NCBI GenBank assembly: GCA_052144335.1
Contig: JBKQQP010000071.1
Span: forward strand, 20,310 to 84,309
DNA from: Syntrophales bacterium
GTDB taxonomy: Bacteria > Desulfobacterota > Syntrophia > Syntrophales > UBA2185
Length of the DNA stretch: 64,000 nucleotides
Direction: 5' to 3'
The notes under the pieces were generated by a model. The model had not been told where the DNA came from and searched no databases. It saw only the letters and a list, made by a program, of their open reading frames with translations. Each line of letters begins with the position of its first letter. Positions within the stretch are counted from its first letter, which is position 1. Both the position numbers and the translations under genes were made by a program. Positions 1-10,318 of this stretch are shown here, piece by piece.

Positions 1-660
1 TGTAATAGACTCCAAACCAACCACCGCCGGAATTTCAATAGCCCTTGCCACGATAGCTGTATGAGATGTTTTTCCTCCCATATCCGTTGCAAATCCCTGC
101 ACCTTACTGATCATCATCTGCGCAGTATCTGCAGGCGACAAATCTACAGCAATGATTATACCCTTCCCGCCAATATCCGGAACGACATCTTTTTTGCCTC
201 CAGCAAGATTTCTCGTAATCAGCTGACCTGCGTATCGAATATCGCTGATCCGTCCTTTGAGATATTCATCTTCCACTTTATCAAAGACATCTCGATATCT
301 ATCGATGGTCATCTTGATGGCCCATTCCGCATTGATGCACAAGTCTTTGATATACCCGACGGTATGACTAATGAACATCTTGTCTCTGAGTATCAATAAG
401 TGAACGTCGATGATATATAGGGGCTCCCGTCCAGCAAGTTCACGGAGTCTATTTTTTACCTCCAGGAGCTGCTTTTCCGATTCCTTCAGCGCTGCTTTGA
501 ACCTCTTCGTCTCTTCTGACACGAGGCCCTTATCCCGTAGCCTGTAGAAAGAAACCCGAGCATCAAGACGATCAAAGAGCTGCGCCTTTCCGATCACGAT
601 ACCTGGCGAAACACCTATACCCCTGAGAACAAAAGACCTCTTCCCCACATCATCGACCAT
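1..660 (-). CDS. ptsI: PTS enzyme I (phosphoenolpyruvate-protein phosphotransferase), N-terminal ~220 codons, open at window edge
   Basis: My own translation of the minus strand from ATG 660-658 gives MVDDVGKRSFVLRGIGVSPGIVIGKAQLF... through ...DMGGKTSHTAIVARAIEIPAVVGLESIT. That contains the GGxTSHxAIxAR phosphohistidine motif. The start overlaps the HPr stop (ATGA). It is absent from the ORF track because it is open-ended. Track ORF 61..399(+) is antisense to it. Confidence 0.9.
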   Translation of the reverse strand, partial: MVDDVGKRSFVLRGIGVSPGIVIGKAQLFDRLDARVSFYRLRDKGLVSEETKRFKAALKESEKQLLEVKNRLRELAGREPLYIIDVHLLILRDKMFISHTVGYIKDLCINAEWAIKMTIDRYRDVFDKVEDEYLKGRISDIRYAGQLITRNLAGGKKDVVPDIGGKGIIIAVDLSPADTAQMMISKVQGFATDMGGKTSHTAIVARAIEIPAVVGLESIT

Positions 661-929
661 CAATCTTCTCCAAACTTATCCTCTATCAGCTTACCAAGGT
701 CCTCAACAGCCTCTCTCGCGTCCATTCCTTCTGCTCTTATCGTCAGTCGACTTCCCAAAGGACAGGCTAGCGTCAAAATGCTGAGGAGACTTTTACCGTT
801 CGCAACTTTGCCGTCCCTTTCAAAGAATATCTTCGCCTTGAATCGCGTCGATACATTGATGAGCTTTGCCGCAACCCTTGCGTGAAGACCAAGCTTATTT
901 TTTATCTCGAAAGTCTTTATAACTACCAT
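660..929 (-). CDS. ptsH: phosphocarrier protein HPr
   Basis: 89 aa with NKLGLHARVAAKL (His15-type site) and GKSLLSILTL (Ser46-type site). Directly upstream of ptsI. Confidence 0.9.
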   Translation of the reverse strand: MVVIKTFEIKNKLGLHARVAAKLINVSTRFKAKIFFERDGKVANGKSLLSILTLACPLGSRLTIRAEGMDAREAVEDLGKLIEDKFGED

Positions 930-1099
930 GTCAGTCTTGAAACACCTCGGAAACCCAACGATTATTTCTCCGCACTAATCCATATCCATCGGAGGTGTTT
1001 GCCTAACATGATTGTTGTACGAAGTCAATTTATTCGAAAAGGGATTGACACTGTTATCGTTCCAATGTTCCTCAAGTTAATAACTGGTTAATATTTTCC

Positions 1100-1128
1100 T
1101 TGACATGTATATTTATATTTTGTTATAA
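1100..1128 (+). promoter_or_regulatory. sigma70-like promoter candidate, TTGACA-17 nt-TTATAA
   Basis: TTGACA at 1100-1105, a 17-nt spacer, then TTATAA at 1123-1128, about 75 nt upstream of the Cys-rich ORF. Confidence 0.4.
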
Positions 1129-1202
1129 GAAAAAGATTTTTGTAAGATTAGCGTCATCTACGATTAAGCAAGTGAAAGAAAAAAAGAAAGGGGGTGATTC
1201 CA

Positions 1203-1484
1203 ATGGTCTGTCAAACTGTAAAGATTGGATCCGAGTGTGCTTTCATGACAAAGAAAGGTTGTGGATTTAACGGTGGTAATTGCCACACAATAACAGAGAA
1301 GTGTGAGGGTTGCATCAAAATCATAGATTGCCCGACCGGTCAGTACTGCAAGGTCTATCCTGAACCTTCCAGCAAATGGCTTGCTGGAAACTGTCCGACA
1401 GCATCGCACATCAAGAGAGAGATCAAAGAAGCCACGCAGAAAATCAATCCGCTCAAGGCATCCAAGAGATCGACCAAACATTAA
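1203..1484 (+). CDS. small cysteine-rich protein, PxxKW-family-like
   Basis: MVCQTVKIGSECAFMTKKGCGFNGGNCHTITEKCEGCIKIIDCPTGQYCKVYPEPSSKWLAGNCP... has 10+ Cys and a P-S-S-K-W motif. I prefer ATG 1203 (AGGGGG about 9 nt upstream) over the track start GTG 1194. Confidence 0.65.
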   Translation: MVCQTVKIGSECAFMTKKGCGFNGGNCHTITEKCEGCIKIIDCPTGQYCKVYPEPSSKWLAGNCPTASHIKREIKEATQKINPLKASKRSTKH

Positions 1485-1491
1485 GAACGGT

Positions 1492-1542
1492 GGGGCAGGT
1501 AACTTTTTTTAACGAGAAAAAATGCCTGTCCCTTTTCTTTTT
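1492..1542 (+). terminator. long hairpin plus T-run, probably a bidirectional terminator between convergent genes
   Basis: GGGGCAGGTAACTTTTTT / AAAAAATGCCTGTCCC stem (1492-1532) followed by TTTTCTTTTT. It lies between the convergent Cys-rich ORF and merR-like gene. Confidence 0.5.
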
Positions 1543-1879
1543 AGCTTATCATTTTTCTTATTTGCAATAATCCTTTTTTAATTTCCACAAATTTTCCCTT
1601 GATGCTATCTCGATCCGACTGTGTTACCTCACTTTTCATCTTCAGTAATTGTCTCTTGGCACCACTTATTGTAAACTTATCATTATACAGGAGATTCTTA
1701 ATGATCAGCAATTCCTCTAAGTCCTTTCTCCTATATAGACGTTGATATGATTTAGTGCGTATTGGTTTTATTGATTTGAATTCAGATTCCCAGAACCTGA
1801 CGACATATGGGTCTACATCGAGGATTTTACTGACCTCTCCGATACGGAAATACTCCTTGTCCGGAATCGACGCATTCAT
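1541..1879 (-). CDS. MerR-family transcriptional regulator
   Basis: YFRIGEVSKILDVDPYVVRFWESEFKSIKPIRTKSYQRLYRRKDLEELLIIKNLL is a MerR-type HTH. ATG 1879 is preferred over the TTG at 1885. Confidence 0.85.
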   Translation of the reverse strand: MNASIPDKEYFRIGEVSKILDVDPYVVRFWESEFKSIKPIRTKSYQRLYRRKDLEELLIIKNLLYNDKFTISGAKRQLLKMKSEVTQSDRDSIKGKFVEIKKGLLQIRKMIS

Positions 1880-2229
1880 TAACAAATCCTAGATCCTGAT
1901 GTCCTGAGAAAAGTGCAAGTCGTATCTTGAAACCCTTCATACGCGCTTCTAATTGCCGTACGCGCATGCAGCAAAAGGTCCTATTAGGTCACTCTTGTTC
2001 TGGATTCGTTTAGTATGCAGGATTGATGACCCTTTAAAAAGTCCAACGCGACATACCTCCGCACGCGCATGGCAGTTCTCCTCTGTGCAGGTATTCGATC
2101 ACGTCACCTCTCGGCACCTGGGTGAATTGATAACTACACTCCGCTCGAAGGCGGCCAGTTGCAACACAGATTCTTGACTTTTTGCCGAATCATCCGGATT
2201 TGATGATTAGAGTTTTCTTGTCTATCCTA

Positions 2230-2505
2230 TCAACTATTCAAGGCTTTGCGCAACACTTGACTTGACTTGAAGGTAAGTACTTTCCTCGCAGAGATTTCTA
2301 TTTCACTACCCGTCTGCGGATTTCTGCCTCTGCGAGATTTCTTGTCCTTTACAGAAAAGTTGCCGAAACCGGAAATCTTTATCTTTTCACCGCGAGCAAG
2401 GCTATCTTTCATGATCTCAAAAACCGACTCAACAATTTTCGCTGCATCCTTCTTGGAAAATCCCAGCTTTTCGTACACATCCTGGATAATATCAATCTTT
2501 GTCAT
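2230..2505 (-). CDS. ihfA: integration host factor / HU-family DNA-binding protein (IHF alpha-like)
   Basis: GFGNFSVKDKKSRRGRNPQTGSEIEISARKVLTFKSS is the IHF/HU arm motif. Positioned downstream of pheT, as is common. Confidence 0.8.
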   Translation of the reverse strand: MTKIDIIQDVYEKLGFSKKDAAKIVESVFEIMKDSLARGEKIKISGFGNFSVKDKKSRRGRNPQTGSEIEISARKVLTFKSSQVLRKALNS

Positions 2506-2533
2506 TTCTAACCTCCCTCAATCTTGCAGATGC

Positions 2534-4951
2534 CTAATTTTCTTCTCCTCTTATCCTTGCCCCAGTCAAGTCAACAATCTTCTTTACGATATTACCGTGC
2601 AATAGATTCACTTCATCATCTGTCAGCGTCCTATCAGAAGCACGATATACAAACCTTATCCCCAAACTCTTTTTCCCCTGGGGAATATTCTTGCTGGAAT
2701 ATACATCAAAAATACTCACTTTTTCAAGCAATTCTTTATCTATTTCCACGGCAATTTTAACCATTTTATCTGCTTCCATCTCCTGACCAATTAAGAATGC
2801 CACGTCTCTTACGACTGATGGAAATCTCGGCAGATCTTTATACAACACTTCATCTGAAAACATATCTGAAACAATATCCAAATCTATTTCAGCGACAAAA
2901 GCCCGATTTTTTAAGTCCATCTTGAGAAGAATATCCGGATGCACTTCCCCCAAGAATCCGATAAACCGATCTTCAGCATATATACCACATGACTTGCCTG
3001 GATGGAGGAAAGCTTCCACGTGATCAGACCTAAATTCCAGACCTGCAATCTTAAGGCCGTCGAATATGTTCTCTATACAGCCTTTCAAATCATAAAAATC
3101 TGCATACGCTTTTGAACTCCAGAGATCGTTGTAAAACATGCCTGTGATAAGACAGCCCATCCTGCTCTTCTCAATAGGAAGCTCGCCTTCCCTTAGGTGA
3201 AAAAATACCCTTCCGATCTCAAACATCTTGAGATCGAGACATCCATTATGAGCATTTCTTTTCATAGTCTCCAGCAGGCTGCTTACGAGCGTTGTCCGCA
3301 TCGCTGATTGATCTTCCGTAAGAGGATTCCTTATTTTTACCATATTCTGGCGATCATCATTCTTCCTTATTCCCAGAAGGTTTGGTGATTCAGGAGAAAT
3401 AAAACTGAACGTAATTATTTCGGAGTAACCCGATCCTCTTATTATGTCCCTTATTCTATCAAAGACGATTTGCTCGCGCTCCCTCGTCACAGCTGTGACG
3501 GACACGGGAGGCAGTGTCGCAGGAATACGGTCGTAGCCGTAAAGTCTGGCTATTTCTTCGATAAGATCTATCTCTCTTGCAATATCCACCCTGTACGCGG
3601 GTGGAGTTACCCGGTAGGCGCCATCCTTCTCGGCGCGAATGGTCATCTCTAAGCTTTTCAGTATGTCAACAATTTCCGCACCATCAATGTCTGTACCCAG
3701 TATCTCATTGACCCTTGCTCTGCGGAGCGCTATATTCCCGGTTGATTCAACCTTTTGGGGATATTCGTCGATGTAGCCTCGACAAACCCGCCCACCGGAA
3801 ATTTCAGCAATAACTTGAGCCGCTCTGTTCAGGGCATTGATCACGCCTTCGGGATCTATACCGCGACCGAATCTGAACGCAGCATCCGTGCTCATCCCCA
3901 GTGACCTCGCCGATTTTCTGATAGAGGCGGGGGTAAAATAGGCGCTTTCCAGAAGTATCATTTTAGTATCTTCTTTGACCTCGGAATTAAGGCCGCCCAT
4001 GATGCCGCCGATAGCTACCGGCTTTTTGCCGTCGCAGATCATCAGCGTATCCATTTCTAGAATGTGCTCCTTCTCATCCAGAGAGGTGAATGTCTCTCCG
4101 CCACGGGATCTTCTGACCACAATGCGACCCTCTTCAAGAAACCGGAAATCAAATGCATGAAGCGGTTGCCCCAACTCCATCATCACATAGTTGGTGACAT
4201 CAACGATATTGTTGATCGCACGCAAGCCTATCGCTTCAAGTCTTCGGCGCATCCAGAGTGGGGAAGGTTCTATGGTGACGTCCTTCATAATTCTGGCGCT
4301 GTAGCGGGGACATAAATCGGGATCAAGTATATCAACCGATGTGATGCTCGTTACATCCGGTTCACTTTCGGAAACAAGAATATCCGGATATTTAAGCGCG
4401 GACCCTGTAATTGCAGCGATTTCGCGGGCAATTCCTATGATGCTTAAACAGTCAGACCTGTTGGGAGTTATCCCTATATCCATGACCATGTCTTTGAGGT
4501 TTAATGCTTCTGCCAAGTCAAGGCCTACAGTGAGGTCGGGAGGAAGAATCATTATCCCCGACGCATCATCGCCTATACCCAGCTCTTGCTCGGAACAGAG
4601 CATCCCGTCCGATGCTACGCCTCTGATTTTGGAACTCTTGATCGTATAGCCGCCGGGCAACGTCGCTCCGATTTTTGCTAGGGGAACCACATCGCCCGGC
4701 TTGATATTGCGCGCACCGCAGACCACGGAATGAGTGCCCTCACCGGCATCTACTTCGCAAACGTAATATTTGTCTGTTTCCGGATGGGTCTTTGCAGAAA
4801 GGAGCCTTGCGACAACTACATTGGTAAACGCAGGACCGATCTCTCTTATCTCTTCAACTTCAAGTCCGGCCATTGTCAATCGCTCGACAAGTTCACTAAG
4901 CGGAATCTTTATATCGACATAATCTCTGAGCCATCTGAGACTTACTAGCAT
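2534..4951 (-). CDS. pheT: phenylalanine-tRNA ligase beta subunit
   Basis: 805 aa. MLVSLRWLRDYVD N-terminus, tRNA-binding, B3/4, B5 and FDX-ACB region pattern. Confidence 0.97.
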   Translation of the reverse strand: MLVSLRWLRDYVDIKIPLSELVERLTMAGLEVEEIREIGPAFTNVVVARLLSAKTHPETDKYYVCEVDAGEGTHSVVCGARNIKPGDVVPLAKIGATLPGGYTIKSSKIRGVASDGMLCSEQELGIGDDASGIMILPPDLTVGLDLAEALNLKDMVMDIGITPNRSDCLSIIGIAREIAAITGSALKYPDILVSESEPDVTSITSVDILDPDLCPRYSARIMKDVTIEPSPLWMRRRLEAIGLRAINNIVDVTNYVMMELGQPLHAFDFRFLEEGRIVVRRSRGGETFTSLDEKEHILEMDTLMICDGKKPVAIGGIMGGLNSEVKEDTKMILLESAYFTPASIRKSARSLGMSTDAAFRFGRGIDPEGVINALNRAAQVIAEISGGRVCRGYIDEYPQKVESTGNIALRRARVNEILGTDIDGAEIVDILKSLEMTIRAEKDGAYRVTPPAYRVDIAREIDLIEEIARLYGYDRIPATLPPVSVTAVTREREQIVFDRIRDIIRGSGYSEIITFSFISPESPNLLGIRKNDDRQNMVKIRNPLTEDQSAMRTTLVSSLLETMKRNAHNGCLDLKMFEIGRVFFHLREGELPIEKSRMGCLITGMFYNDLWSSKAYADFYDLKGCIENIFDGLKIAGLEFRSDHVEAFLHPGKSCGIYAEDRFIGFLGEVHPDILLKMDLKNRAFVAEIDLDIVSDMFSDEVLYKDLPRFPSVVRDVAFLIGQEMEADKMVKIAVEIDKELLEKVSIFDVYSSKNIPQGKKSLGIRFVYRASDRTLTDDEVNLLHGNIVKKIVDLTGARIRGEEN

Positions 4952-5023
4952 AAATGCAAATCCTAAATCTTCGGGGGATTATTTAAAATTCATGAGGTGC
5001 ATCTTAAATTTGAACTGCGAATT

Positions 5024-6040
5024 TCAGAATTGTTCCAGAAACCTCCAGTCATTCTCGAAGAACAGCCGAATATCCGATATCCCGTACTTCAACATCGCAA
5101 TCCGTTCGAGACCCAAGCCGAAAGCGAAACCTGTGAATTCCTCTGGGTCGTAATTTACATTCTTGAAGACCTCAGGATCAACCATACCGGAACCGAGTAT
5201 TTCAAGCCAGCCGCTCTGGGAACAGACTCGACAACCGGCACCTTTGCACATGACGCACCTTATATCGACCTCAGCAGAGGGCTCGGTAAAAGGGAAGAAA
5301 CTGGGACGAAATCTGAGCGCCGTGTCCCCGCCGAACATCTGCTTCAGAAATAACGTAAGAACGCCTTTCAAGTCGCCGAAGGTGATGCCTCTATCAACCA
5401 GAAGACCTTCGATCTGATGAAACATGGGGGTATGGGAGATGTCGGAATCGGGTCGGTATACCCTTCCGGGTGAGAGAATTCTGATCGGTGGCCGCTGCTT
5501 TTCCATAACTCTTATTTGGACCGGCGAGGTATGGGTGCGCAACACGATGTTATCTTCCACATAAAATGTATCCTGCATATCCCTTGCAGGATGATTTTGG
5601 GGAATGTTCAAAGCCTCAAAGTTGTAATAGTCCAGCTCAATTTCCGGGCCTTGGACAGCTGAGAAGCCGAGTCCCGCAAATATGTCGCAAATATCCTTAC
5701 AAACCAAGGCTACTGGATGTTCTTTGCCAAAACGAACTGTTCTTCCCGGGAGTGTTACATCGATTCTGTCACGAATGAGAACCTCCCCTTTCTTAAGGGA
5801 GGCTCGAGCTTGGAGAGCATTCTCTATAGAGGCAGTCAGCGCAGCTTTGATTTCATTAGAGAGGTTGCCAATTTGCGGCCTTATTTCCGGTTCTATATTT
5901 CCTAAGCCTCGGAGAAGCTTTGTTAGAATACCTTTCCTTCCCAGATACTTTGTTTTTACTGCGAGGAGATCCTCTTCGGTATTTGACTTCTGTAACTCGG
6001 ACTCTGCCTGCCTTTGCAGCTCCTCAAGTTCTTTCAGCAT
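5024..6040 (-). CDS. pheS: phenylalanine-tRNA ligase alpha subunit
   Basis: 338 aa with [22 protein letters not shown] and [16 protein letters not shown] class II motifs. Confidence 0.97.
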   Translation of the reverse strand: MLKELEELQRQAESELQKSNTEEDLLAVKTKYLGRKGILTKLLRGLGNIEPEIRPQIGNLSNEIKAALTASIENALQARASLKKGEVLIRDRIDVTLPGRTVRFGKEHPVALVCKDICDIFAGLGFSAVQGPEIELDYYNFEALNIPQNHPARDMQDTFYVEDNIVLRTHTSPVQIRVMEKQRPPIRILSPGRVYRPDSDISHTPMFHQIEGLLVDRGITFGDLKGVLTLFLKQMFGGDTALRFRPSFFPFTEPSAEVDIRCVMCKGAGCRVCSQSGWLEILGSGMVDPEVFKNVNYDPEEFTGFAFGLGLERIAMLKYGISDIRLFFENDWRFLEQF

Positions 6041-6396
6041 GCCGCCAGCTTACCTTTTGCGATACTGACTATCTCAGAAAATCCTCGCGGGTCATGAACC
6101 GCAAGCTCGGCCAGGATCTTTCTGTCAAGCTCCACACCGGCCTTCTTCATGCCGTGTATTAACTGGCTATATGATATTTCATTTATTCGCGCAGCCGCAT
6201 TTATCCTTGCGATCCACAGTTTTCTGAAGTCTCTCTTTCGCGCCCTTCTGTCCCTGTAGGCGTACTTCATTGACCTTTCGACGGCTTCCGTTGCCGTTCT
6301 TAACAAACGGCTTCGCGCACCGAAAAAGCCCTTCGCCATTTTCAGAATTTTTCGCCTTTTCTTCTTGGCAGTTATACTTCTTTTTACTCTCGGCAT
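6034..6396 (-). CDS. rplT: 50S ribosomal protein L20
   Basis: [31 protein letters not shown]. The stop overlaps the pheS start by 7 nt. Confidence 0.97.
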   Translation of the reverse strand: MPRVKRSITAKKKRRKILKMAKGFFGARSRLLRTATEAVERSMKYAYRDRRARKRDFRKLWIARINAAARINEISYSQLIHGMKKAGVELDRKILAELAVHDPRGFSEIVSIAKGKLAAC

Positions 6397-6487
6397 ATCT
6401 CTATATCTCCCGGCTTCTTATCAGAATAATTATTAGATCATATGATCATTACAAAAATATCTTTATTGGGATGTCGTGTTCTCTCCT

Positions 6488-6685
6488 CTACATGTAGGGA
6501 ATTAACATTTTAATTCCGCGGGTGTCCCTCTTGTCAAGAATAGCCGACTTCCGTAAATTCCTCTTTCTCTTTGTCGTTTTTTTTGTGAGAATGTGGCTAC
6601 CGTATGCCTTACTTCTCTTCACCTTGCCGGTTCCTGTCAGGCTAAACCGTTTGGCCGCGCCTCTGTGTGTTTTTATCTTCGGCAT
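6488..6685 (-). CDS. rpmI: 50S ribosomal protein L35
   Basis: [36 protein letters not shown]. Confidence 0.95.
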   Translation of the reverse strand: MPKIKTHRGAAKRFSLTGTGKVKRSKAYGSHILTKKTTKRKRNLRKSAILDKRDTRGIKMLIPYM

Positions 6686-6838
6686 TAAATCACCCCTCTT
6701 GTGTGAAAAACTCTAACTTCGAATTTCCAAATCATAAACAAAGTCAAAATACAACTTCCGGGATTTTAAAGGTTCCTCGCAATCTAATTTTTGTATTGTT
6801 TAGGATTTCGGATTCAGAATCAGGCTGCTTGCAACTCT

Positions 6839-7345
6839 CTATTTCTTGGGAGATACCATCATAATCATGTTTCTACCCTCGAGCTTAGGATGCTGGTCAA
6901 TAATGCTCACATCTGCCAACTCTTTTTGCACGTCCTCCATTATCTTCCTGCCCAGATCGGTATAAGCCATCTCACGCCCCCTGAACATCATGGTTATCTT
7001 CACCTTATCGTTCTGGCCGAGAAATTTCTTAATATGTTTGATCTTTACTTGCAGGTCATGTTCATCCGTCTTTGGTCTTATCCTTATCTCTTTTACCTGA
7101 ATGGTGCTCTGACTTTTTTTGGCGACCTGCAGCTTCTTGCTCTGCTGGTATCTGAATTTTCCATAATCCATGATCCGGCAAACTGGCGGTGAAGAGTTGG
7201 GAGCAACCTCAACCAAATCCAGTCCTGCCTTGGAAGCCACCTCCAGGGCCTCAGTCAGAGACATGATGCCCAGCTGTTTGCCTTCATCGATTACTCTAAC
7301 GTCAGTTGCCTTAATCTCTTCATTTATGTTCAAATCCTTAGCTAT
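6839..7345 (-). CDS. infC: translation initiation factor IF-3, probable non-AUG (ATA) start
   Basis: INEEIKATDVRVIDEGKQLGIMSLTEALEVASKAGLDLVEVAPNSSPPVCRIMDYGKFRY. AGGAGG at 7352-7357 sits 6 nt before an in-frame ATA (7345-7343). The track TTG at 7333 is 18 nt from that SD. Confidence 0.9.
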   Translation of the reverse strand: MAKDLNINEEIKATDVRVIDEGKQLGIMSLTEALEVASKAGLDLVEVAPNSSPPVCRIMDYGKFRYQQSKKLQVAKKSQSTIQVKEIRIRPKTDEHDLQVKIKHIKKFLGQNDKVKITMMFRGREMAYTDLGRKIMEDVQKELADVSIIDQHPKLEGRNMIMMVSPKK

Positions 7346-7485
7346 GCGACACCTCCTGAATAATATTAAAGCCGAACATCAATATCCTAAATACATTCTA
7401 ATGTCAAAGAGTCCTGACGGACCTTCGGCTCTTACAATTGTCTTCACCTACCGACTTCCAGCGTTCAAGTATCCCCTTCTGCCAT

Positions 7486-9402
7486 CTACTGATATTGTGC
7501 AGCTTTTTGCCTTACCAATTCAATGAACTGATTGACGTCCGTGGCACCAAGGTCTTTGCCGCTTCGCTCGCGGGGCGACACCTTATTAGATTCCATCTCC
7601 CGATCACCTATTACCAGCATATAGGGTACCTTCTGCATCTGGGCTTCTCTGATCTTGTAGCCCAGCTTCTCATTCCTGAAATCTCTCTCCGCCCGAATTC
7701 CCGCTTCGATCAGCTCCGTGTAAACCTTCTCTCCATAAGGAATATGCTTGTCTGTAACGGTCATCAGTACCGTCTGAACCGGTGAGAGCCAGACCGGAAA
7801 GGCGCCGGCATAATGTTCGATTAACACGCCCATGAACCGCTCTATTGCACCTAATATTACCCTGTGCAACATTACGGGTCGATGTTTTTCTCCGTCTGCG
7901 CCTATGTAGCTGAGATCAAATCTATCCGGAAGTGTGAAATCGCACTGAATCGTTGCACATTGCCACTTTCTCTTCAGGGCATCTTTTAACTTGAAATCAA
8001 TCTTCGGCCCATAAAAGGCTCCATCCCCTTCATTGACCTCATATTCAATTTTGTTTATTTTAAGAGCTCCTTCCAATGCCGCCGTTGCCATCTCCCATTC
8101 TTCATCAGAGCCTATAGATTTTTCCGGCCTCGTGCTGAGCTCCACGTCGTAATCAAAACCGAAAACTTTCATAGCATAGCTTACGAAATCTGCAATGGCG
8201 GTAATTTCGCCATTTAATTGCTCCGGTGTGCACAGGATGTGCGCATCATCCTGGGTGAACTGGCGCACTCTCATGAGGCCGTGCAGAACCCCTGTTTTCT
8301 CATGTCTGTGGACCGTACCGAGTTCGAAATACCTAAGTGGCAAGTCGCGGTAGCTCCGAATCTTCGATTTGTATATCAGCATGTGTGAGAGGCAGTTCAT
8401 GGGCTTTATGCCATATGTCTGATTTTCTACCTCCGTGAAATACATGTTTTCCCTGTAATGGTCGAAATGACCGGATCTTTTCCACAGATCGGCTTTTAGT
8501 ATTTGAGGTCCCATGACCATTTCGTAACCACGTTTCAGATGCTCCTTCTTCTCCCAGTCCTCGATAATGTTTCTGAGTCTGGTTCCTTTAGGATGAAAGA
8601 TGATGAGACCGGGACCTGCTTCATCATTCATCTGGAACAGGTCTAATTCCTTCCCCAATTTTCGGTGATCCCTCTTCTTCGCCTCCTCCACAATATGCAC
8701 ATATTCTGCAAGTGCTTTCTCCGTCGCAAAGCCTGTCCCATATATGCGCTGGAGCATTTTATTTCGCTCGTCACCGCGCCAGTATGCCCCCGCCACATTT
8801 AACAACTTAAATGCCCTGATCATCCCCGTAGAAGGAATATGGGGTCCTCTACAGAGGTCTACATAACCTCCCTGGCTGTATAAACTTATTGTCTTTACGT
8901 CTTCAGGCAATTCGTTCAGAAGCTCAACTTTATAGCTTTCACCCCTTTCCCTAAAAAAAGAGATGGCCTCTTGCCTCGGCATCTCCTTGCGAACGAAGGG
9001 ATAATCAGCGGCTATAATATCCCGCATGCGCTCTTCAATTTTCGCCAGGTCTTCCGGGGTAAAGTTCTCTTTATAATCAAAGTCATAATAAAAGCCCTCT
9101 TCGATAGAGGGACCTATCGTAATCTGAACCCCGTCAAATAAATCCTTTACCGCCTGTGCCATTACATGCGATATGCTGTGACGCAGAATTTCCAGGCCAT
9201 CCTTTGCTTCAATATTGATTAACGAAACGGTGGCTGGTTCTTCAATGGGGTGGCCTAAATCAACAGGCTTATTGTTTATTTTCGCCGCTACTATTGAACG
9301 AAGCATCTCCTTTTTCCAAGATGCAATAATTTCTTTAATAGTCGTGCCTTGGTTGTATTGACCGACAGAACCATCCGGAAGTATAATTTGTATTTCATTC
9401 AT
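7486..9402 (-). CDS. thrS: threonine-tRNA ligase
   Basis: 638 aa with TGS, editing and class II core ([30 protein letters not shown]). Confidence 0.97.
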   Translation of the reverse strand: MNEIQIILPDGSVGQYNQGTTIKEIIASWKKEMLRSIVAAKINNKPVDLGHPIEEPATVSLINIEAKDGLEILRHSISHVMAQAVKDLFDGVQITIGPSIEEGFYYDFDYKENFTPEDLAKIEERMRDIIAADYPFVRKEMPRQEAISFFRERGESYKVELLNELPEDVKTISLYSQGGYVDLCRGPHIPSTGMIRAFKLLNVAGAYWRGDERNKMLQRIYGTGFATEKALAEYVHIVEEAKKRDHRKLGKELDLFQMNDEAGPGLIIFHPKGTRLRNIIEDWEKKEHLKRGYEMVMGPQILKADLWKRSGHFDHYRENMYFTEVENQTYGIKPMNCLSHMLIYKSKIRSYRDLPLRYFELGTVHRHEKTGVLHGLMRVRQFTQDDAHILCTPEQLNGEITAIADFVSYAMKVFGFDYDVELSTRPEKSIGSDEEWEMATAALEGALKINKIEYEVNEGDGAFYGPKIDFKLKDALKRKWQCATIQCDFTLPDRFDLSYIGADGEKHRPVMLHRVILGAIERFMGVLIEHYAGAFPVWLSPVQTVLMTVTDKHIPYGEKVYTELIEAGIRAERDFRNEKLGYKIREAQMQKVPYMLVIGDREMESNKVSPRERSGKDLGATDVNQFIELVRQKAAQYQ

Positions 9403-9470
9403 AGACCAAAACTCGAAAGCTTAGACATTTAAACCATTTTGAGACGCTGTCAATAATGCTTCTATAAGAA

Positions 9471-9504
9471 AGGGCATCATCGCATATCGCCCTGCTGATG
9501 CCCT
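9471..9504 (-). terminator. hairpin between tRNA-Val and thrS (weak terminator or leader element)
   Basis: AGGGCATCA (9471-9479) pairs with TGATGCCCT (9496-9504). On the minus strand it is followed by TTCTTATAG, only moderately T-rich. Confidence 0.3.
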
Positions 9505-9554
9505 CGCCAACAATTAAGTCGCCATATTTGGTTTTAATTATTAACTAATAAAAA

Positions 9555-9629
9555 TGGTAGGCACGCAGGGATTTGAACCCTGGACATCCACCGCGTCAGG
9601 ATGGCGCTCTCCCCCTGAGCTACGTGCCT
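9555..9629 (-). tRNA. tRNA-Val (anticodon GAC), CCA encoded
   Basis: Hand-folded as AGGCACG-TA-GCTC-AGGGGGA-GAGC-G-CCATC-CTGACGC-GGTGG-ATGTC-CAGGG-TTCAAAT-CCCTG-CGTGCCT-A-CCA, 75 nt. Confidence 0.93.
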
Positions 9630-9734
9630 ACATCAAGCTCTACGAAATAAGGGAATGGTTTTTAACAGTAATACAGCGTTATGTCAAGCAAATATTGTGA
9701 TTTACGCGTTTTCGAAGGAATGTCTTTTATGCAT

Positions 9735-10274
9735 CTAAGCCTTGCTACTATTTAGTTTAATGCCCCTGAACATATAATTCAGCCCGGAAATTATTGTAAA
9801 CACTATTGTGACCCACTGGAAAATTACAAGCCAGACATTATCGATCGTTCCCGGAAGAATCCGGGAGACGAGGAAAAATACCAGTGTCAGCAATTGCAAA
9901 GCTGTTGTGAGCTTGCCAATGAATGATGGCCGGATCTCATACGGGATGGACATGATCGATAGTATGGCAATGCCAACAAGAATGATAAAATCCCTGCTGA
10001 TTACAATAACTGTGAACCATCCCGGAATTACTCCTTTTATAGACAAAGTCACAAAGCAGCTTGCGAAAAGGGCCTTATCAGCTATTGGGTCCAGATATGA
10101 ACCGAGGACTGTCTGCTGGTTTAATATGCGGGCAAAAAAGCCGTCAAGGGCGTCTGTAATCCCTGAAACAACCAACAGAATGAGTGCCTTGGTAAATGCC
10201 CCCTGCATGAGAAAGATCACCGTGATAGGCACGAGAAGTATCCTCACCAGTGTCAATAAATTTGGCAAGTTCAT
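9735..10274 (-). CDS. pgsA: CDP-alcohol phosphatidyltransferase (PgsA-like)
   Basis: DALDGFFARILNQQTVLGSYLDPIADK matches the D-x2-DG-x2-AR...G-x3-D-x3-D motif. Multi-TM. Confidence 0.8.
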   Translation of the reverse strand: MNLPNLLTLVRILLVPITVIFLMQGAFTKALILLVVSGITDALDGFFARILNQQTVLGSYLDPIADKALFASCFVTLSIKGVIPGWFTVIVISRDFIILVGIAILSIMSIPYEIRPSFIGKLTTALQLLTLVFFLVSRILPGTIDNVWLVIFQWVTIVFTIISGLNYMFRGIKLNSSKA

Positions 10275-10318
10275 TGGTTGCTACGTCCGGATTGCACTGT
10301 AGAATGTAAAGTATGCTC

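Noticed and set aside
61-399. 112-aa plus-strand ORF at the window start
   Set aside because: It is antisense to a clear ptsI N-terminal reading frame, which carries the GGKTSHTAIVARA motif. Its own sequence is low-complexity and Cys/Ser/Ile-rich.
1886-2229. 6S RNA, SRP RNA, RNase P RNA or tmRNA in the ihfA-merR gap
   Set aside because: No match by eye to the hallmark conserved segments of these RNAs, and no obvious long closing stem. It is kept only as an unclassified ncRNA or leader candidate in the findings.
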